Positions 48,433 through 58,100 of a stretch of 58,475 bases of DNA are shown piece by piece (positions within the stretch are counted from its first letter, which is position 1; every line of letters begins with the position of its first letter). Under the pieces are notes generated by a model. It had not been told where the DNA came from. It worked only from the letters and a program-made list of their open reading frames with translations, and searched no databases. A program made the position numbers and the translations under genes. The stretch lies in IMG/VR virus record IMGVR_UViG_3300003937_000086, positions 1 through 58,475 of that record; one strand, given 5' to 3'. Source of the stretch: a virus. Lineage: Duplodnaviria > Caudoviricetes.

Positions 48433-48568
48433 CCTAGAAATCGTCGGCCTGATTCTGGCCACGCCTCTGATCGTCATCGTCATCGCCGCGAGCATGATCA
48501 AATCGGAAGCTCGTCGCATCGAGAAACTCAAGGCCCGTGCCGATAGGAAGAAAGGGAGGAGGTCATGA
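48425..48568 (+). CDS. Small single-TM protein (47 aa), absent from the ORF track
   Basis: MSNLEIVGLILATPLIVIVIAASMIKSEARR...; ATGA overlap with the next gene. Confidence 0.6.
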   Translation: MSNLEIVGLILATPLIVIVIAASMIKSEARRIEKLKARADRKKGRRS

Positions 48569-49005
48569 TCTACTTCACCGACACAAATCCCGACGAGGCA
48601 GCGAGCAATCTCTGCGACCGTCACCTGCGAAAGACCGTGAGATTCACCCAGAAAGTGTTCGCGGAAGCCGCTGAGAATCGCACACAGCACCGCGACCCGT
48701 ATATCCGGTGGGGCTGTTCAAGTCTCACGAACTTAAAATGGGTCGTTGAACATGGAAACGCGGCGGCTCATGAGCTTTACTATCGATTCCACAAACCCGT
48801 CCGCATCGAGGACAGCCTGCCTTTGATCAGGGCCAGAGAGAAGATGGACTCTCTGAGCCTCCCGCCCGTAGATCCTGATCATATCTTCTTTCCTGATGAA
48901 ATAGATAAGGTGAGGGAGTTTTACCGTTTAAAGGTTTTTCCAAATTCGAGATGGACAAGGCGGTATCCGCCTGATTGGATGCACCCGTCGCTTCTAGTGA
49001 AGTGA
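48565..49005 (+). CDS. Pyrimidine-dimer DNA glycosylase-like (DenV/Pyr_excise family), divergent
   Basis: F..D..P..AA..LCDRH..K, P...W...S..N..W, E...RF.K, W..R.PP.W. Confidence 0.65.
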   Translation: MIYFTDTNPDEAASNLCDRHLRKTVRFTQKVFAEAAENRTQHRDPYIRWGCSSLTNLKWVVEHGNAAAHELYYRFHKPVRIEDSLPLIRAREKMDSLSLPPVDPDHIFFPDEIDKVREFYRLKVFPNSRWTRRYPPDWMHPSLLVK

Positions 49006-49023
49006 CTTGTTTATTCATAGCAC

Positions 49024-49059
49024 GAAGGAGGTAGGGAGAAATCCCTGCCTCCTTTTTTT
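49024..49059 (+). terminator. Intrinsic terminator closing the early operon
   Basis: AAGGAGGTAGGGA-GAAA-TCCCTGCCTCCTT followed by a T run. Confidence 0.85.
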
Positions 49060-49131
49060 GTGCCTAGAAATAAGTGGGAAAAACCGCCCAGAAATTTCCC
49101 ACTTACTATCATAGGTTAATCCACGCAAGCT

Positions 49132-52100
49132 CTACTCAGATTCTGTAATAGGCCGGACAGGAATGTAGCGGTTGATCTTTGAGGCGTGGTCGTAGATCTG
49201 CTGCGCTCGCGCCCTGCCGTATTCATCAGTCCTTGGGTCGAGCAGACTCTCGATAATGTATTTGAACGACGGCCTGTCCATGTATCCTTTACTCAGTAGA
49301 GCGACCCGATCTCGACCCAGCTTCTTATCCTTCATCCCCTTGAGGAGGTCGGTGTTAGTGAGTCCGAGAGAGGCGAACCCTTTATTGATCCGCATCAGTT
49401 CGTAGTTAAGGAGGCGTCGATCCTCGATGTTCTCATCGATGATGTCCGCTACATCTCCGTCGCTCATAGGGACGTTACGCTTCACCGCGTTGAGTCCGCT
49501 CTTCACGTTGTTGAACCTATTGTTCAGATCCAGCAGGTATCGCGAATACTGTTTCTGGAGATCGACATCATGGATACGGAACGGCATCGCGCCGTCCATA
49601 ATCTCAAGAGTCATGCCCTTCAGAGATCCGGTTGCCCATCCCTCGAAAAAATCCTTACCGAGTCGCGGAGCGTATGCCTCCTTGGCGATGTGGCCTAAGA
49701 TCTTCGATCCGGCTTCCATCGGGCCATCGGCCCCCTTGTTCCAAATTGGTTTACCCGTTGACGGGTTAAGGTTTCGGCGTGCCTCAGACACTGCTCCCGA
49801 GAGGATCTGATCGTCTAAGTATTGATCCCTCACCAAGCCTAACGCGATGGCGGCCCCCGCTTCAGTGAACTCACCTCTGCGGATGTTCTCATACCCTCGC
49901 AGGAACGGATCGACCAGTAGCGAGTATGGATTGACGTAGGTCAGGTCAACCGACTTCAGCTCACCGTTCCATCTGTAATAGAAGAACGTATGCCCTCTGA
50001 GGTAATCTGGAATGGATGCACGCATTGCCTCGTCCTCCTCATCCCCGATGCCCGATAGCGCGGCGAGGACCATAGGGAGAGCGGAAGAAAGAACTCCTAT
50101 CGTTCCGATCATTGATCCCCTTCTCAGTTTACCTCTCTGAACCAGAACAGGGTTGCCGCTGGCGATCTCCTCACTGGCGAGCTTGAACGTGTTGATCACG
50201 ATCCGCGGAACCTCCATCTTGAATCGGATGAACGGGGCGAACAGCAGGCCGAGACCGGACTTCGTGAACGCTGCGACGGCTGGCGGTGCTTGGCTGTATG
50301 CCTGTGAGGTCATGACTACCTTGCGAGCGGCCAGACGTTTGATCTGCGTGTCGCTCATAGCGGCGAGGTTGTTGACCCCCACTTTGCCGTCCTTGACCGT
50401 GCTTGTGTCGGCGGCTTTTGCTTCCATCAGGATTGCCAACTCATGGTTGTAGTAGGCGATCTTGTAGGCGGCGTCGAGAGCGGCGGATAGATCCTGCGCC
50501 TTCTTCTCAATCATCGCTAGACCCTTAGTGACTTTATTGAGTTTCGTCTTTTCACCTAAGTCTTCGATCTGTTTCCTGATGCCGTCGGGTGTTACCTTAC
50601 CGTTCAGGAGGTCTTTCAGAACTCCGGCGCGGAGTTCGTCGCCCTTGATGTTCAGGCCGATAAGCTCATTAAGCTCTGGGTCAATCTCGCCGTCTTTGAA
50701 AGGTCTTAGGTCATAAGTTCCTTTCAACATTTCAGAGACCATCTTGTCGTAGCGGAAGAATCCCTGAGAGGTTCCGAACAATATGTTGCCGATCCCGTTA
50801 CGTAAGTAGAATCCGATGGAGCCTAGAGTCTTAGCTGCCATCGCCTTACCGCTAAGGTTAGCGGCTAAACCAACAGCTCCTTTAACAGCTTTCTCCGCTG
50901 TGTCGGCGTATCCCATCGAGAGGGAGTCCATGAGCGCAACGTCCAGAAGCTCTTTGAATTTACGATCTACCTGCATTCCTGAGAGGGGGTCGTTCTTACT
51001 CGGCGCACCCGATCTAGCGGCCTCAAAGTTAGCATACTTGGCGCGGCTCTCTGCGGTAGCTAACTTCTCTTTCACCGTGACCATGACGCCCGTGTCCTTG
51101 CCGTATTTCACCATTTGGTTCAGGAATGCCTGCTGCGACGCGATTGTCGCGACGGTCGAGTAAGTCCGAAGAATCAAATCGATACCGGACTCTGACCCGA
51201 TTTCGCCGAGAAGATTTCGGATCGCCTCCGGCAGCTCTTTACGGCGTCTGAGGTTGTCCTCAATCATCTTGTAACCTTTAGGCGTGGTCGTCGTCGAGTC
51301 TCTGCCGCCCTCCTCATACTGCATCAAGAAGGTGTTAAGCGAACCCTGCGCGTATGATCCATGTGGACTGCTTTGGTTCTCTCTTTCGAGGAGTATGCGA
51401 GCTTCAACCTTGGCACGCGACTCGTCCATGCCACCGTCAAACAGCTCCTTGGCCTTATTTTTTATGTATTGGTCCTCAAAGAACTCCATAGCGGCGTCCC
51501 TCACATCTTGGTAATCGGGATCTTCCCTCACCTTCTGGAGGTAAGACGAGTCGGTGAACATCCGGTAACTGCGGGTAATGTAGACTCCTCCGGTCTTAGA
51601 GATCTTGGCTCCAATATTTTTATCGAGGCCAGAAGCAACGAGTTTCTTCTGGAGCGGGATGATCAACCTCTGCCGTATGTCGATAATGTGAGCGGCTAGC
51701 TCTGGAGAGTCCTTAGCGAGGTCTCTCAGAGCGGTGTCGCGGTCGGCTTCCCTAGACTTGCGAGCATCTTCGTAAGCTTTATCGGTGGCTTCAGTTCTAA
51801 CATTATGGGCGAGTCCCTTTAAGGAGTCAGCTTGTTCGTCAGTGATCTCACCTGCTTTGCGCTTATTCTCTGCGTCGGCGTGTGCGTCGTCGTAATCTTT
51901 CTCGATAGCGTCAAGCACTTCATCAGTAACCATGTTACCTGTGTAGTGTCCCTGCGCGAGAGCGATCATTTCCATCGGCGCGTTTTCGTATCCGCCGTAG
52001 GTCTCCTTAATGAGTTTATCCATCTCCTGTTTATAGGCGACGACGTTAGCCTCAGTAAGTCGCTTGTAAGCGTCTCGGTTCTGAATCAATCGGCGGAAGG

Positions 52101-55100
52101 CTTCTGGAAGCTCGCCAGCGAACACATTATTCAGGAACTTCATGATGAAGTTCTGTGGCTTTCCGGTCTCGGTCTCGTATACAGGAATCTCAAGGAGATC
52201 GACCACTGCGGAGAAGTCTATGTTCGATCCTGTCTGCTGGCCGGACGGCGCGGCTGCGGCTGCGGCTGCGGTGGGGGCTGAATACAGAGGTAGTTTTACG
52301 GTCTCAACTCCCTCGTCCGCTTTTCTAAATATAAGTTCGCGTTGAGAAACACCAACGGACGGTGGGAAGATGCTGTCTTCCTCCGATTTTTTAATTGGAT
52401 CTGTGTTGCCGTCATAGGGGTCGGCTGCTTTTTTGGGGTTAGGTTTCTTAGCCGAGTAAACTACGTCTTTCCACAGGTTGGACTCACTCAGAACGTGGAC
52501 TACAGGTGTCTCACCCGAAGTGCTGCGTATAGAATATGGGTATGAGTCATGGAAGTCAGTCTCGACGGCTTCGACCTCTCCCTTCATCGAGAGAACAGCG
52601 TAAACCCGCCCAGATGCTTTCTTATCCATTTGCTGAAATTGCTGGAAGGTCTTGACCAGCGGCTCTGCAAAAAGATCTGCCATGCCCTGCATGACTGATG
52701 CCTGTGCGAGTTTGCCTTGAGGTATGTTACCTTTATTGTATAGGTTCTTGTCACCAGCCAGAAGATCAGCTATGTTCAAAGCCTGATTTTTCTTTTTATC
52801 GAAAGCAGCTTTTTCCTTTGGGCTGAACTTCTTCTGAACTTCCACTGTCGGCAGTTTCATGCTGTCAGCTATTGCTGACGATATCTGAGCGATAAAGGAA
52901 CCACGTTGTGGGAACACTGACTCTTCAGGGTGGAGATTCTTTTTCATCTCCTCTATGTTTTTAGCCAGTCCGTCTTTCAGCTTCAGTTTCCTTGAAAATT
53001 CTTTGATGGTGGTCGTCTCGACTCCTGTATCTTTGTCTTTCTTTTTAACAACTAATCTCTCTTTACTGGCGTTAACAATAGCACGGTTTACGACCGCCTC
53101 AGTGATCCCATACTTCTTGGGGTTCTTGGCTAGAGTGGCGAACAGGTTGACCGCTCCCGTAGCCATTGTTGTGGAGCTAAACATCTTCTCGATGGGAGCG
53201 GACGTGAGAGCCATCAGAATAGTTCCGTTGTTGCGCTTGGATATCTTGTTAAGGTTTTCCGCCATGTTCACGGCGGCGTCCTTGGTAGATGCCCAGAAAT
53301 ACCCTTGGTCACCGAACATGACTGGGTAGTAAACACCTCCCTTGCCGTCTACGACCTTATCGCCCTCGACCTCCAGTGTGCCTGCCATCGCGCCGTCAGG
53401 TTGGTGGAGCATGACGGCCATTCCCTCAAACTGGTCGAGGGATTGCTGTATCTTAATGTATCCGTTCTTGATCTTCTCGTAAAACTTCCCGTCTTCTTTG
53501 ACGTAGATGTGTTTGACTATGGGATCACTCGCACTGGCGATTTCTGGTGGGATCTCGGCGGGTGTAGTAGCACCAGCCACCGGAGCAGAGTAAAGGTTAC
53601 GGGTAGGTTTGAGTGGAGTAGGGTCTGATTGTTTTTCATCAATCAAACTCTTCATTGTTTCGTGAGCAGGAGGATCTACTTGTGGATCAACCTTTTCGTA
53701 TCTCGCACCCTTAACCCAGATCGCGAAGTTTTGAAATGGGTTTGTGCTTGATGAATCAAGGTTACTGACCATGACCATCTCATCAGCACCAACAAATTTA
53801 CTCTGTGTGTCGAAGACAGGCTTACCTGCGGTGTCTGTAGACACACGATACATATAGTTGCCCATTGCAGGATTGTATGACAGGGCATCCCACCCTTCCT
53901 TCATATCCGAAACATCAATATCTTCATTAGCAGATACTAGTTCCCCTGTCGGCCCACCGATTACATTCTTCGGACCCTGTGCATACACAACAGTTCCTTC
54001 AGGTATCAGAGAGTTAGGTGCTTTGTTTTTAAGTTGAGGGTTGGTCAACTTGAGGTCAGTCATGTTGATTGCTGAAGTTACTCCAGTTCTCTTTGCGGCA
54101 GTATTGATTGAGTCCAACACATCTATGAGTTTCATGTCACTTGTTAGCTCATACTTGCTGGCACTTCCTTTAGATAAGAAGTTCCTGTAGACAGTTTTGT
54201 TGAGGTTTGGGATACCTGCATTCTCCATGCGGACGTTGAATGCATTATACTTCGCACCACCGATCTCTAACGAGAAGGGCATTACACCCAAAGGATACTT
54301 CTCTAAGTCTGCTTGAGACTCTCTGCTTTTTCTGCCCAGCGTTATGTTGGTGTGAGAGAGTGTTACCTTAACATTCTTGTTTGGATTCTTCGCATCATCA
54401 AGAATCTGTTTAGGTAACCCAGCAGAGCCTCCAACGGATTCGCCGTTCACTAATTTACCTACTGCACTGTGGTCAGAAGGGATAGCCCCAGCGTTTGAAC
54501 CCCACCCAGATTGTAGTTTAGGTGGGGGTGGGAAATCCACCTCCGCCATATACTCAGCACCAGCCACCGGAGCAGAGTAAAGGATACTGCTTTTACTTTC
54601 ATCGAACCGCTGGCTAAGTGGGATCACGTTGCCGTTAGCGTCACGGGTGATAGGGTCTGCGGATTTGATTTGAGACGGGTCTCTAAATGCTATAGTGTTG
54701 GCTTCCTCTCCAGATGTCTCCTGTATCGTCATCGCGTCATACTTACTGAGAACAGCATCGACTACCTTGTCGTTCTCCCAGACAATATAACTTCCCCCCT
54801 CAATCATTCTCATCGTTTGGGGGAGGATCTCAGACTCTGACTTGACCCCGATGGACTCCATGATTTCATCAGAGAACTCCCTCCAATTAGATGGATCAAA
54901 TATTTTATTTGCACTAACGTAACCTTCTATTACACGTATACCCATCGACATCTGTGCCTGTATCATCGTCATCCCATCTAGCAAACCACGTTCAATTTCG
55001 GCTCTTTTTTCAAAGACCTCCTTTGAAAGGTTGGATGGAATGTCGTCCCCATACTCGGCACTTAGTTTATCAAACGCATCCTCAGCATATTCGTTACCCT

Positions 55101-58100
55101 CCTGCTTCGCAGCATCGATTCTTTTTTGAACGTCTGCTTCTGGATTTCTGTTTCCGCCATACCCACGGGGGTAAGTTTCCGCCATCTCACGATCCTTGGA
55201 AAAGTAGATTAGCTTGTTAATGTCTCTGTCACTCTTGAACTTATCAAACCGCTTCTTTGTGCCGTGATACAGCTTCATTAGTGGGTTATACCCCGCCTTC
55301 TTAGCAGCCTCATCAACCATGCGCTGCTGTGTCTCAACGTCACCGGATTCGACCGCCGCCATATACTCAGCGTCTTCTACCGGAGCAGACGCTAAACCAA
55401 CGAAGTCCTGATTCACGGTCCCGAACATCCTGAAAGCCTCCATCGGGTTTTCGGGATTGAACGCCATCTTCGTGGGCTGGCGGACGAAACCTACCTCGAT
55501 AGCTCGCATCTCAATAATCAACTTATTGAGGGCGATATCTGCTGCGGCTCCGATCTTTTTACGGTTGGCGACCCATCGGTTGATGATCCCCCTAAAGTAA
55601 CGATTCAGAATCCTAAGTAAGGAAGGCTTTGATTTCCAGAATTGGGTGTCGTCCTCAGTAGTGAAACCCCGTGTGACCTTCTGGAGGTGCATACGAAGTT
55701 TCTCTTCCGCCAACTGATACTTGGCGTCTGCGACCACTTGAGGGTCAGATGACTGAAGTCTCGCCAGCATGGTCGCAAGTCCACCTTCGTTTCCGACGAG
55801 GTATTCTTTAGCGATGTCCACGTAGTCTGAGTCAGAAAGACTGTTGATGTAATTCTGAATCTCTTCGTCGGTCAAGGCGTTGAAGCTGGCGTTATGGGTC
55901 AGCTCCTCGTTGATTATAACACCAGCAATTGCGCGTCCGGCGATATCACTAACGTCGCCTGTCTGGCTCAACATAACAGGCAGGTTGATGAAGATCGCTG
56001 AAGAATCAGGGTCCACAAAGGCAGCACTGCCGCCAGACTCAGTAGTGAGTTTTATGTCTATACCCACCGGAACCAGACCCCTGATGTAATTGTATAGTTC
56101 TCTTACTTTAGGTCGGTCTGCCTCTGGAACACCTTCAAGGAATCTCTCAGCATCTTCCACGTCTTTCTGACGCTTCGCTTCAAGACGTGCCTGCTCTGTC
56201 TCGCGCTGCATCTCGCGCAACGCCTCTGCCCTCTCCATCCGAGACTCGGTTTGGGCAACTGGTGAACTGTATAACGTCACTGCATTACCGATCTGACCGC
56301 CCAAAGCTTTGGCGTTGGTGGGCGTTGTCTTGCGGGTATTTCTACCCACGTCGATAACATCCCCAAGAGATTTTGCTACTTTTTTGGCGGCCCCTCTACC
56401 TACATTAGGGAACAGCATGGCTAGGTTAATCAGGAAGCGATCAAAGATTGAAACCTTGTCACGCTTGAGATCTCTAACGTGCTTCTGCACTTCTTCCGAT
56501 AACAAGAACTGAGCGGTGAACTCATTAAGATCGACAAGAGCGTTCTCAAGAGACGGAACGGGTCCGCTTCTTTCTTTCTGCGATTCGTAAGACTCTTTTG
56601 CGAAGTCGAAAACAGCGGATAACTGTTTAAGTGTAGTCTGGACTTGAGACGATTTCTCCGCGATTTGAGCCTCAGTAGCTGAAGTGGTATCAGAAATAAA
56701 TGCGTGGACGTATTCCTCAAGTAGTGTGTTGACGAGACCTCGACCGTTTCCAGATGTCACGTTGATAAACACAGTGTGCGAGCCGTCGTTCCCCTTGATG
56801 TATTTGCCTGCGATGTCGGCGGTTGTCTCCCCCAACACAAACTTAACCCCCTTGATCAAATCAGTGTCACGCAGAAGCAGGTCAGCTACGACTTTGTGAG
56901 ACGGGTTATCTGAATTTTTAGCGACCTCTTTAAGGGCTTTGATGACGCTGTCAGGGTTCCCACTCTCAAGACCCAGTCTCTCGATATCAGCCTCGTTCTC
57001 AGCCGTGATGGTTGCCCTCTCGGCGGCAGAGATGTTAGATCTCGATAGGTGGGTGCGGACTGCTTTAGTTAAAGCAATCATTGTGTTCTTCGCCTCGTCA
57101 ATAGAGATCTGTGTCCCCACGGCGTCAGTGAACAGAGCTTGGTATACCTTTACAGCATCAGAGTTCTCGTAGCTCGCACCGTCCGAGCGGGTTGCGAAGT
57201 TGACGAGAAGTAGAGCGTTAAGAAAATCTGTGCCGCTGGTCGAGAGTGCTTCATCCTCGATAGCGTCCACAAGCTTATTAACAGATGGTCTGGTGTCGCC
57301 GTTTCCAGATGACATCCATGAAGTAAACAGCCCGAACACGTCTTCAGCACTCGCGTTATCAACCATGCCCTTCATCTCAGGAGTGGGGTCGTTCAAGACC
57401 TCGTCAAGGATAATCTTGTTGACCTCTCTGCGTAAGTCTGGGCTGGTATTCACCGCCCCAATCGCGGTGTCTATCGCTCCAGATACTGCGTCACTTATAT
57501 CTTGTGGAGAAGCTAGTTCACCTTCAGGGTTACGCCCGAAGTTCGCGATCCACCCGCTTACTTTAGCGGTCCTGAACTCAGCGGGGGCTACGTCGAACGG
57601 GAGGGTGGAGACCGCTCTCTGTTCTCTAAGGGAGTTGGCGTCGTCCTGTTGCAACTTAAACCTATCGGTAGCTTTTCTAAGTAGCGTGTCGAAGGTAGGC
57701 GTCGCGTTGTTAGCGAAGTCAGGGTTGTTCTGGAGTTTCTGCTCTATGAACAATCCGAGAATCGTTTCGCTCGTAAGGTTGATGTTAGACTCTACTTTAA
57801 CAAAAGGTAGAAGTTTTTGGGCTGCTTGCTCTACATTTTTAGATCCTGTCTGGGCTACCAGCTCATCGAAGGGCGTGGTAGGATTGGTTCCCTGTCCGAA
57901 CTCTTTTACTTTTTCGCGGAGACTGAACAACTGTGCGTTGAACAAGAATTCTTGCTTGGCCGACTCTAACGCAGCGGCGCGGAACTCAAGATCAAGCTCA
58001 CCGCTGGGAGTTTCAAAGCGAGCTTGGATGGGCCGTGTCGTCTCGTCTCCGGTCTTCTCCAGCTCAAGAGCGAATCTATTGATTCTATTTTTAATGTCAG

